In this document: positions 25,808 through 38,745 of the stretch, one piece after another
How positions within the stretch are numbered: position 1 is the first letter of the stretch
Layout of the letters: each line of letters begins with the position of its first letter
Source of the DNA: the human T2T-CHM13v2.0 reference genome, Homo sapiens
Length of the DNA stretch: 64,000 bases
Assembly (NCBI RefSeq): GCF_009914755.1
Contig: NC_060926.1
Strand: one strand, 5' to 3'
The notes under the pieces: generated by a model
Seen by the model: only the letters and a program-made list of their open reading frames with translations
Databases searched by the model: none
What the model was told of the DNA's origin: nothing
Made by a program: the position numbers and the translations under genes

Positions 25808-27507
25808 GTCAGATAAAGCACACAGAGAGGCTGGTGTGGGTTTTATTTGTATGTTGTCTCTGAGTGTCTTCAAGGTTAAGATCTTTCGAGGACTAAAGAA
25901 TATTGGTTAATTCCTAACATCCTGAGCTATACAATGAGTGTGGAAAGAGTTTGCCCTTTTGGGGTGGATGAGTCAAAATGCTCACACTTTATTAAAACCA
26001 TTATAGTGAATTTTACTGTTCGTTCCGTGGATGTTCCAGAAAAAGCCATATTCTCTGCATAGTGTAAAGCTTAGTCATGCCTATTAAAGATATTTTGTCA
26101 TTCTTGAAATTGTTTTATCTCCTCGATGTATCTGTTACAGTTATCTTAAAGTTTTAGGTAAAGTTTCCTTTCCTTCCTAACAGTTTTTATTTTATGTATT
26201 TCCTCAGTGTATGGATTGTTTGTGATGCTTATGTTTGCACTGTGCATTGTAACTTTTACAGGTGTATAATAATAATTTTATCCATTTCATATTTTTTGCC
26301 ATGATACATGATGCTGTATCTGATTCTAACATTTCTACCTCTCTATTCCTCTAACTTTTCTATATTCCTTTTGACTAGGGAAGATTTTGAACCCCTTTAT
26401 TTTCAACATTTCTTTGTCAATTTGTTTATATATGTGTTTCTTATAATTAGTAAATTTAGATTTTTACCTTTTGATATAATCTGATTGTATTTGCCTTTTA
26501 TTGGTACCTTTTAAGCCATTTATATTCACTGTGCTAAGTCAGGTATGGTCTTATTTTGCCATTTTATTTTATTCTTTGTGGTTTATACATACCGTTTTCT
26601 TCTTCCCTATACATTATATGTCATTGTAGCTCTTCTTTTTTCCTATTAGTTATTTTTTCCTACAAATTTTATTCTATATTCCCATTTGTAGAATGCACAT
26701 TTTTGTTCTACAGTTATATATACATATATTATATTCACATATGCATATTATATGTATATAAAATATACATATACACAGAGATTAGCATATATATGTAATT
26801 TTCAACCAATTATAAGAATGGAAGACTGTTACTGATTCTCCTATGTAAGAGAATTATCACACTTTTACTTTCCTCTTCTCTACTCCTGCTCAACATGTAT
26901 TAATTAATTAGTTTTTTAGGTCACATTCCTGGTATAAAAAATATTATTTTTTTATTTTGTGTATTTTCTTTCCCAAGAAATATATTTGATACAAGAATTA
27001 TGTAACATATTTATGTTAAAAATTAGTAATTATTTATTAATGTTAATTTTAATGGGTGCAGTACACATAATCAATTTTTAATATCATATTACCTCTTGAG
27101 ATTTAATAGTTTTATTTATTCTTTTAGTCAGCTGTGGTATTTTCTTAAGTATCAAAGAATTATTTCCCCCATGAATGGTAAATGGATACTTGCATTTTCT
27201 GATTTCCTCTCACTTGAATAAAAGTTTGGTTGCCTGCAGAATTTTTTAATCCGAATTCGCTGATGGATACTTAGGTTGCTTCTACTTTTTAACTATTCTG
27301 AATAATGCTGCTGTGACAGTCATTTAAAAATATAAAAAAATTAGAGCATTTTTTTTGGGGACTGAGATATGCTCAAGATAAATTAACTGTCACAGGAGAA
27401 CATAAAACATAAATATCTAAGGGTGAACCAGAACCCGAAGGCCAAGTCTGGGTGATAGGATATTATGGAATGAAAGAATAACCCATACTGATGAAAATGT
27501 CACTTAC

Positions 27508-27669
27508 CAAGATGATGATCTTACTGTGTAGGAACAGCAATTGTTTAGCTACAAAATATGTGGTAATCATGACTTGCAGAAATAAGACTGGTAAAGTCTC
27601 CCAGAAACTTTCAGGATTCCTAAAACCAGTCCTTTGTCCAAAAGTCATCTTCATAGTAGTGGCCATATC
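27508..27669 (-). other. Candidate spliced exon (162 nt, phase 0/0) encoding DMATTMKMTFGQRTGFRNPESFWETLPVLFLQVMITTYFVAKQLLFLHSKIIIL
   Basis: On the minus strand the acceptor is ttcattcAG|GATATGG (27672-27670) and the donor is TTG|GTAAGT (27507-27502). The frame is open for 54 codons in non-repeat sequence. The polypyrimidine tract is only modest. Confidence 0.55.
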
Positions 27670-28519
27670 CTGAATGAAGTTACTCAGTTCTTAAAAGCAT
27701 ACTGTCTAGGTCTGAAGAAGAATACGGAGAGTGAAGGCAGATTCATGGACCAAGGAAGGTATTCATAAATAGAACATATAATGGGGTATGAAATGATTTT
27801 AAGGGGAAATGACAATGACAATGACAGCCATATGTAGTATGTAGGGGGACTATTGCTTTCAATCTTGGAAAATGAGTTCAAGTTTTGATTGCATCAAAAT
27901 GGAGCCACACTGAAATTCTCAGGTAGAATTAGCCATACATCCTTTGTTTCTGGGTTTCTGAGATATTGGTGACAGAACTGAAACTAAGAACAGATCTATT
28001 GTCAACTATGATTGTCTTGCCTCCTTTTTTTCTCTGATCTTGTTTACTGCCTGAGTTTCCCCTCACATTATACCACCACAACTAAGCAGGGACCTTATTT
28101 ATTAAGAGTACATTCTTGCATATTTCTGCTTTAACATAGTGTTAGTTCAGTATCTAAGAGTGAATTAAGGGGAGAAGTAAGCAGTGTCTGTATATGCTAC
28201 AGACAATGAGAAGACTGTCTTACTGCAATATTTTAGGCATGTGCCTTGACTTTGAATGAAAGTTCCTGTCCATATCCTAAAGGAGAAAAGAGGTGCACTC
28301 ATATTATTAAATATCCCCTAGATTTTAGTGAATATATGGACTACTTTTTTAAAGCAAATCTGTAAGGGCAGTTGTCATTGTGGAGAACTGTGGGTTTAAT
28401 TAGTCTGTCTTAATAATATAAATGGAGAAAATTTAGTTGAGAAGAGTGTTGAATTTTTAGCAGTCCAACGATATCTCTTTGTGGAGAGAGCATTTGCTTT
28501 ATTAAATCTCCATGAGATA

Positions 28520-29060
28520 AACTCACATTTTTAGGGGAGTGTTAAGAGAAAATCTCTCCAAGTGTTTAAGCCTGGGAAAATGAGAGAGGGGAAATACAGA
28601 ATGAGGTCATGTGAACTGTCAATTGTGAATAAGAGGAAAAGTCAGAACCAAAGAAAAGCCCTTAGTGTGTAGAAGAGGTACAGATTGAAAATGAGCTGTC
28701 AAAAAGAAATGTGGGGGATAAGCTAGAATAAAACACCTAAAGAATAAATTTCAAGGAAAAAGAGGAACATTAATAGGGCCAAATATTGATTAAACTTGAC
28801 TGAGATAAAGGGAGAGAGAAAGGTGGTTTGATTTGGGGATTAGGTTATTAGTAACAATCTTCATAAGCAAGTTTCCAACGACTTGTAGTAGTAGAAACTG
28901 GGATGAAGGGAACTATGGTAATTTAGGAAGGACAGATAGAGTATCAGTATCTTTGAAAAGTTTGCAGGTGATGAGATCAATGAGGATAAATGATAACTTA
29001 ATGGGGTGTCACGGAATCACCTTAAGTTGGCTGGTGAAGACTTGGGCAGTTTTTAGGAAC
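28520..29060 (-). mobile_element. L2 LINE fragments
   Basis: Purine-rich antisense L2 motifs (aatttcaagga...gatttgggga...agcaagtttc...gaaaagtttg). Confidence 0.5.
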
Positions 29061-30610
29061 AGATTATATTAAAAACAGGAAAAAAAGAGCAAAGAAAAAT
29101 ATATTAGGACTTCTAGCTGCATGGTAAACAATAAACTCTGGTTTCACTAAATATATTTGGCATATATTAATTATAGAATTTTCCTTGCAAATGTTGTTAC
29201 AAATTATATGATATTTCCTCTTTTCCAATTTTCCTCTTACAAGGTAAATTCACCTAATCTTTATTATGATATATTTGTAAGGGGAATTGAATTATAAACT
29301 TTCTTAGGCTAAAATAAGGACAAAACAAAAATTTTCTGATAAAATTTTCTTGCAGTATGCCACCATTTGCCAAAGGAAATCAGCCATTGTAGCCTTTTCT
29401 GCAATCTTAAGTTTTTTGGACAAATATCTATTGTCCAAACTAAAATTTAGTTCTAATTCCATTCATATTAGATATATTTATTTAATACAGCATTCTGTTT
29501 AATACAGACTTTATAAATAGAATCACATTTTATTTTTAAATGTCATATCCTAGAGGAATGTTTGTACAAATCATTTAAAAATGAATAGTTTAAAAATAAC
29601 TTAGCTTTAGTCTTTAAGTATTTACATGCTGATTTGTCATACATAAAAGGATATTCTTCTTCTTAATTATATCTTTCTGATACTGAATTTTAAAGGTTTT
29701 TTTTGTTTTAATTACACAACTGGTGGTGACAATATAACCCTAGATGGCTATGGTATATTTGTTCAGGTGCCTTGAGAAATACCAAAATTTTTGACAATTT
29801 TTTTTCCTTTGGGCCAGATCTTTTTTATTACAATGAAAGAGAAATTTCAGTACACTAAGAGACAGAGACTCTACACAGAGTTTCAATTTCCCCTTAGCTC
29901 CTATAAAATGGAATATCATGCTACTGAGATATCTCATGCACTGCTCTTGCCTTCTGTCTGAAGATGGGATTCATGAATTACCTGAATCATCTGGATCCCT
30001 AGAATTGGATTAGTGGCTCAGACCACTCCATCTTTTGGGGCAGATGATAGAGGGTGTCTATTTCCTACAGCTAGGTTGTTGCAGTAAGATTACATAACTC
30101 TTATTTGATCTTTCTCATTATTTTTTTCAGGACATAAATTGTGTTCCAATTCTGATATCCAATGATCTTACCTCATTTGGGGTAGGTTAAAGTTGATACT
30201 CATTAGGACTCTAAGTACCATATTTTTCTACTTAGTGCAAACGTCAGAAAGTAAGTAATCATGTTTAAACTGACAAGAGCTTTAACCAGGAAGTTGCCTA
30301 CATCACAAGATCTCCTTCCTGTGGTAATGTGCATGGAGTCTTCCACAAAGAGACAGACAGATGCCTGCAATAACCGGCTTAAGAAAAGATAACCATCAAT
30401 ACCACTGGTTGATTTCATCTGCTCCTATGAGAAGGACAGATTGTACATGGTGCTGTCAGATGATCTCAGACCATAAAGAGATTTCCTGAGAGATCGTTAT
30501 AATATTGGGATAAAAATTTATTACAAAAAAACTCATAGAGTGAATAAATGATAGAGGTAAACAAAAGTTTATTCTATTAAAACTTACATTTTGCAGCTTA
30601 TTACAACATA

Positions 30611-30960
30611 TGTTATGATTTGAATGTGTCCCCTCCGAAGTTCAGTTGTTGCCAATATGATGGTATTAGGAAGTCGGTATTAAGGTATTAAGATGGTCTT
30701 TAAGAGGTGATTAGGCCTTACAGTCTCTTCCTGGCTAATGGAGTTAAAAGGCCCTTATAAAAGAGGCGTCACACAGTGCTTGTCTAGTTGCCTTTCCACC
30801 TTATGCCATGTGAGGATGCAGCAAGAAGGCCCTCACTAGATCAAATGCCTAGAGCCTTACCTTATATTTTCCAGCCACTGAAACTGTGAGAAAGTACATT
30901 TTTTTTCTTTATAAAATAGTCTGTGGTATTTTGTTACAGGAGCACAAATGGACTAAGACA
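30611..30960 (+). mobile_element. MSTC/MSTD-like solo LTR (MaLR)
   Basis: TGTTATGATTTGAATGTGTCCCC...GGACTAAGACA; flanks ACATA/ACATG. Confidence 0.85.
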
Positions 30961-31405
30961 ACATGCATGTAATTAACAAATGGGTCTTCAGTATAAGCAT
31001 GAAGGAGATAGCTTTCCAGTTTGCTAAGAGATGTCTAAACTGGACATCCTTAACAGCTGCCCCTCCACCCATAACCATTGCACCAGTTTCTATATAAAAG
31101 GTCAGAACTCTGCCTTTTACTTCGAGAACTTCTTTTCTGGAAAGGTCTAACAGCTTACTATCCATCCCATTATAACTAGCTATAATATTCTGTCAAATTC
31201 CTTCAAATTGATTTCTCTGTCTTAGACCACCATACCCATCATAATTCTGAAAGCTGAAATAGGATGAGCACCCTCTTCTCTACAGATAGCCCTATATGGA
31301 ACCCTTGGCTTCTGCTGAGATAAGATTTGAGATAGGAGAAACAGAAAAGCTAGTTTGCCAACCAGAGGGAGGATGATGTGTTCAGTTTGCAAATGGTAAG
31401 ATTTA

Positions 31406-31923
<518 letters not shown>

Positions 31924-32136
31924 TTATTGAAGGAGATGTGAAAGCCAGGTAGAGAGGTAAGAGAAACCTATTACAATGGCCCCATCACAGCGGGCCTTCA
32001 CAGTCACACAAGCTTCACATTTGGATCTCTAAATGAGATCATGTCTCTATATTTTGTGAATATGTATTAAACTTTTAATTTAGAAGCAATAAATATTTAA
32101 AACATACGGAAATGTTGGGACGCTTTAAAAGAAATG

Positions 32137-32467
<331 letters not shown>

Positions 32468-32736
32468 TTACTAACTTGTGATTAGTCCTGGGAGGAAAAT
32501 CAGAAGACTGTTCCAGGAACAGGCAATTGAGGATGTCAGAAAAGTCAGATGTTGGCAAGATGTCAAAGAGAATAAGAACTGAGAGAAGACCGTGATGTTC
32601 AGCAAGGGGGGCCACTAGAGCTCCATAAGAGAGAGGCCTGGGTATTGTGGTCAGAGGAAGTCAAGGAATTAGTAAATGCTAAAGAAAGTGGGACAGGTCT
32701 CAAGCATCCTTTAGAGAAGTTTGGCAATTAGAAGCA

Positions 32737-32762
32737 TGTGTGTGTGTGTGTGTGTGTGTGTG
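32737..32762. repeat. (TG)13 microsatellite
   Basis: Uninterrupted TG run. Confidence 0.9.
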
Positions 32763-34340
32763 CGTGCCACTGTTCATTTTTACCTCTCATCTCCTATCTC
32801 ATCCAATACCTAATATTCTCTAGGGAAATGGAATCCTGGCTGAAAGGCAGGCTTGTCCTTCAGCTGTCACAGTGCCCAAGAAGTGCACAGAAGGGAGTCC
32901 TTTTTTTTTTTTTTAAATTTATGCTGTGGTTCTGGGAGCCAGAGATAGAGAAAAAAAAAGTTGTCCTGGAGTCTGTCGCATTGTGACTGAATCAAGTTAT
33001 CCATAAAAGGACTCAAAAGAGGAGTCTGGGTTCACAGCTTAAAGGAATGAGGCTAAACAGCAGAAAGGCTCAAGCAACCACTGGTGGAGGGGAACAAGTA
33101 AGAACTTGTCTGGAGAAGTTTGGAGCCAAGTATAAATACCCACTGCTGACATTCACACATTCCCAGCTTGCTTGTCCAAGGGCAAGCAGGAGTCATTCAG
33201 AGCCTGAACTTAATAGGCATCTAATATTGCTATGTGTTGTTATATCTCAACCACCACCAACACCACCACTCCCAGCTAGCACTCACAGAGCACCTGACCT
33301 GGGAACAGTGCCTGAATCAGAAACAGAAACTTCTAGACTGATGTGGTTCAGTGGTGCTTACATAGGCTATTGTTTACTACATCTGCACCAACCTTTCAGG
33401 AAGCATTTGGCTTGTACATTTAGCTCTGTGGCCCACTGAAGAGAATTTCCTGTGGGCAGTGGGGTGAGGAACCCTGCCTTAATCTGCTTCTCAGGTATTC
33501 TTCTCCCTTGCTTTTATGTGTCAGAATCTGTATAATCCTTGTAGGGCCTATCCAGGAGTAGGCAGAGCCAGAGTGCCCATTCCTGATGTCCACAAAGTAC
33601 AGCAATGCACCCAGGCTTGATTTGGAGCCACTCTTGCCTTCCTGACTGTTTTCAAAGATATGTTGCATGGCCTCTGAGCCAGTGCAACAAGACTTGCAGG
33701 CATTGGTATTTGCATAACAAATAGTAATTTTTTTTTGCTTAAATAAGGGAAATAGGGAATATTTATCATAGCTATACATTTATTCATTTAATTCCTATTT
33801 ATTTATTCATTCATTTATTCAAACATTTCTTAAGCATGCACCACGTGTCATGCCTATCTTAGAGGCCACAAAGGTTCTAAAACTATTACGTGCCGACAGA
33901 AAAAGAGACCCATATACATGTAGCATTATGTCTTATTGGAATTCAGAGCAGGAAGAGAACACATCTGGCTGGGGGCAGGATGAGGAAGGACCTGATAAAT
34001 TTTCTATTGAACAATTACTCTAAGTGTGCTTTCTTTAGATGGTAAGGATTAGACCAGGATTCAAGATTACTGGATTTTGAGTCAAAGTTTGAACTCCTTG
34101 GGGGAAAATCTGCATATATGCAGAGTCATGGTGGTAATTACAGTATTAAGCCCCATTTTGGAACACTTTGATCTGATCTGATTTAAAATTTTATTTCCTG
34201 AAAGGTTTACTCACGTCATATTAAGGTACTCTAGTCTTTTTATTTGCAAACTCATTTAAAATCTAAATACTGCTCTCTGCTTTGGACTTGGCTGCTTTTC
34301 AATAACAGGAAGGAATATTGTTTTCATCAGTTTTGTATAT

Positions 34341-34359
34341 CCGCCACGAGAGGGCAGCA
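34341..34359 (+). promoter_or_regulatory. CTCF core motif (candidate)
   Basis: CCGCCACGAGAGGGCAGCA versus the consensus nnGCCACCAG(A/G)GGGC(A/G)(G/C)nn; CpGs retained in AT-rich surroundings. Confidence 0.6.
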
Positions 34360-35264
34360 TTTTACTTCTTTTAAGATTTAACGCTGTTCTACAAAATGCT
34401 GAGCTGTGCCTGGAGGGCTTTGTGATGTGGAAAATCTTCAGAAATGTTCAGTGAAACCCAGCATCCTCTGATTCATCTTTAAAGAGGAGAAAAAAATATT
34501 CTACGTGACTCTATTACCAATCTTTGGGCAGAGAACCAAATAATTTGGCCAGGCTCTCAATCTTTGTGGTTGAAAAGTTATCAGGAAATTTAAAATGTAA
34601 ATTCATAGTTACAGAGCCACTAGTGAAAATTTGCTTTTTAATGAACTTTTTTTTTGGTCTATATTTTCACCCTCTGGGGTGGGGGCTCTTTTAAATGCGC
34701 CTGTTTAACCATACTGCATCCAGAAATGTATACATATCACAAACCTGTTGGTAATGACACCAATGCAAGCTCCGTTTCCCTTCCAGTCATCTGTGGACCA
34801 CACCTACACCAGCGCTTCCTTCTGCGCATCCTATGGCACCTGTCTACTTCCTGTTTTGGGAATCCCCACAGAGGCTAGCACAGTGCTGAACTTGTAAAAA
34901 GTACGCAATAAATGATCCTCTTCCTGAACGACATTGGATGATAATAAAATCTCTTGTGAGAGAGAGGTGAGACGGGGGAGGGGAGAGAGACAGAGACAGA
35001 GTCAGAGCCAGAGAGAGATCAAAAGGGAAAAGCGGGCAGCAGCAGGGAGGCAGGCTTGAGGAGTCCCTGTCTGATTTACGTGGGGGCCACAAATTGGTTT
35101 GATCAGGTGTGAAGTTTACACGGCGCCGGGAAGGCTGGTTGCCCCACCTTAATCTTATGCAAATGGGCTTTCCACTTGCTCAGCGCCATCTTGTCTACTC
35201 CTTACTGTACATGTGGCTGGCAAAGAGAAGGGAAGATAGAGCTCTCGTTTTGAACACGTAGTTC

Positions 35265-36647
35265 TGTGTCCGGAACTGGTGGGTTCTTGGTCTCACTGAC
35301 TTCAAGAATGAAGCTGCGGACCCTCGCGGTGAGTGTTACAGCTCTTAAGGTGGCGCGTCTGGAGTTTGTTCCTTCTGATGTTCGGATGTGTTCTTGAGTT
35401 TCTTCCTTCTGGTAGGTTCGTGGTCTCGCTGGCTCAGGAGTGAAGCTGCAGACCTTCGCGGTGAGTGTTACAGCTCATAAAAGCAGTGTGGACCCAAAGA
35501 GTGAGCAGTAGCAAGATTTATTGCAAAAAGCGAAAGAACAAAGCTTCCACAGTGTGGAAGGGGACCCGAACGGGTTGCCACTGCCGAGTGGTCTGTTTTG
35601 ACAGGGCGCTGATTGGTGCGTTTACAATCCCTGAGCTAGACACAAAGGTTCTCCACCTCCCCACCAGATTAGTTAGATACAGAGTGTGGACACAAAGGTT
35701 CTCCAAGGCCCCACCAGAGTAGCTAGATACAGAGTGTGGATTGGTGCATTCACAAACCCTGAGCTAGACACAGGGTGCTGATTGGTGTGTTTACAAACCT
35801 TGAGCTAGATACAGAGTGCCGATTGGTGTGTTTACAATCCCTGAGCTAGACAAAGTTTCTCCAAGGCCCCACCAGAGTAGCTAGATAGAGAGTGTCGATT
35901 CGTGTATTCACAAACCCTGAGCTAGACACAGGGTGCTGATTGGTGTATTTACAATCCCTGAGCTAGACATAAAGGTTCTCCACGTCCCCACCAGACTCAG
36001 GAGCCCAGCTGGCTTCACCCAGTGGATCCCGCACGGGGGCTGCAGGTGGAGCTGCCTGCCAGTCCCGCACCATGGGCCCGCACTCCTCAGCCCTTGGGTG
36101 GTCGATGGGACTGGGCGCCGTGGAGCAGGGTGTGGCGTTCGTCGGGGAGGCTCGGGCCGCACAGGAGCCCATGGAGGGGGTGGGAGGCTCAGGCATGGCA
36201 AGCTGCAGGTCCCGAGCCCTGCCCCGTGGGAAGGCAGCTAAGACCCGGTGAGAAATCGAGCGCAGCGCCGGTGGGCTGGCACTGCTGGGGGACCCAGTAC
36301 ACCCTCCGCATCTGCTGGCCCAGGTGCTAAGCCCCTCCTTGCCTGGGGCCGGCAGGGCCCGCCGGCTGCTCCGAGTGCGGGGCCCGCCAAGCCCACGCCC
36401 ACCAGGAACTCCAGCTGGCCCGCGCAAGCGCCGCGCGGAGCTCCGGTTCCCGCTGGCGCCTCTCCCTCCACACCTCCCTGCAAGCTGAGGGAGCCGGCTC
36501 GGGCCTTGGCCAGCCCAGAAAGGGGCTCCCACAGTGCAGCGGTGGGCTGAAGGGCTCCTCAAGTGCCGCCAAAGTGGGAGCCCAGGCCGAGGAGGCGCAG
36601 AGAGAGAGCGAGGGCTGTGAGGACTGCCAGCACGCTGTCACCTCTCA
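35265..36647 (-). mobile_element. LTR12C (ERV9) solo LTR
   Basis: The reverse complement starts TGAGAGGTGACAGCGTGCTGGCAG and ends CCGGACACA; GC/CpG-rich U3; ~41-bp ATTGG tandem array; perfect TSD GTTC at 35261-35264 and 36648-36651. Confidence 0.96.
35605..35990 (-). promoter_or_regulatory. ERV9 U3 enhancer repeat array (NF-Y CCAAT boxes)
   Basis: ATTGG at 35612, 35740, 35781, 35822 and 35939 (one unit mutated to ATTCG at ~35898) within gagctagacaca/ctagatacagagtg repeats. Confidence 0.8.
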
Positions 36648-36885
36648 GTTCCAGGTAGTGTTTTCCTATTGGCACAACTTCAGGCATTTGCATGTGCAGG
36701 CTTCCACCTTGCTTGCCTATGTCTGCAACTTCATTTTACAGTCTGCTCTTTGTTAGGAAAAGAAATGATTTGAGGGCTGCTTTTAATTAAAAGGAAAACC
36801 TTACCAAGGACTCCTGTACCCTCACTATCTGCCTAATTTCTTCTTAACTCCTATATCAATAAAACCCCACGATAATTTTTTCCTA

Positions 36886-37210
<325 letters not shown>

Positions 37211-37869
37211 AAAATTAATATAAAATGTGGAACTTTTCGCTAGTGGAGATGAATGAATATAGTCTGCAGATTTATGGAAATATGACATCTAAAAAGACCA
37301 GAATAATTCCTAAATGAAGAGGGGAAGGATATGCCCTAGAATAGGGCATAACTGAATGTCTGGGGAAGGTTTTCAAACTTTACTCCTTCTAATGCAAACC
37401 TCTGTGACCCCTTACAACCCCTTCCTCTGGATGGGTATCATTCCATATAATTACAGGCAGTACTGAGAGGGAGATTACAAATTGTAAACATTTTCAGAGG
37501 TGGGGGGAGAAAAGATGGAAACCACAAAGACACAGCTATATAAAAGGTTAATTGCATGTATATTTGGTTATGTTAATTTTTGTATATATGCTTCATATCT
37601 TTTACAGTCAGTGTGTTAGTGGCAAATAAATACGTGGAACTTACTTTCAAAATATTTTGTTGTTTCTTAAAGTGCCTAATTGTACGCGAAGCCCTTTTAT
37701 AAGAGAGGTGGAATAGCATGCAGAATCTGATCATTAGATTCAATAAGTAAATACGTATTGAGTACTGATGAAGTACCAATTAAACATTATGATTCATTTT
37801 GATAAAACAAGCCAGTCGCATTAGTAAGAAACAGCTTGCTCTGGCTGGAAAACTTGTTCCCTACTTTCA

Positions 37870-38165
37870 CAAGGTTGACTTCTTAATCCGATCAAATGAA
37901 AATGTCATGTTCAGCAGAGAGGCCATTTCTGACCATCTAATTTATAGACTGAACACCCCTTACCCCGTGATTCTACTTTATAGCACCTTGTTCTGTTCGC
38001 AATTTATAATTGTATTATCACCTGTTTACTTGATTAATGTCTGTCTCACTCATAGATTGTGAACTCCATGAAAGCAAGTATCAAATCTGTTTTAAAGCAC
38101 ACCCAGCATTTAGGGAAATACCTGAGGTAGAAGGCATTCAGTAAACACTTGTGGAGTGAATGTAT
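37870..38165 (+). mobile_element. L2 3' end
   Basis: agattgtgaactccatgaaagcaag...cccagcatttag...cattcagtaaacacttgtggagtgaatg. Confidence 0.7.
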
Positions 38166-38416
38166 ATATTTCTTTTTCTATATGTGAAAAAACCATTTAT
38201 TATACAAATCAGTTAAACTGTGATGTCAGTATTATGTCAGATTAATATTATAATGTCATATTCATTAACAACGAGGCCCATAGTAAAAATGAAAGTGTAT
38301 TTGTCAAACAGTTCATTAGTAGGAAATTGAGTTTAGTATAGTATGAGATTTTCAGGTAAGATATTCTAATCTTTTTGAAGATATGACAGCATATTTAAGC
38401 TTTGGGCAGGGCTGAC

Positions 38417-38745
<329 letters not shown>

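Larger units (their letters stand above)
35051..36858 (-). mobile_element. MER50-like ERV1 LTR (3' truncated), split by LTR12C
   Basis: The reverse complement starts TGATATAGGAGTTAAGAAGAAAT; the sequence is continuous across the GTTC duplication flanking the LTR12C. Confidence 0.7.

Noticed and set aside
26000-27320. Very AT-rich stretch that may be decayed antisense L1
   Set aside because: Too diverged to assign a family or boundaries by eye.
33047-33779. 130-aa (+) and 119-aa (-) ORFs
   Set aside because: No recognisable domain or convincing splice boundaries; lengths are compatible with chance.
35605-35990. Regularly spaced ~41-bp repeats resembling a CRISPR array
   Set aside because: These are the ERV9 U3 enhancer repeats. 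There are no unique spacers and no cas genes, and the DNA is eukaryotic.
35908-36756. Overlapping ORFs of 60-199 aa on both strands
   Set aside because: They lie in the GC-rich U3 of LTR12C, where stop codons are scarce. The peptides are low-complexity (Pro/Arg/Gly/Ala) with no gag, pol or env motifs.
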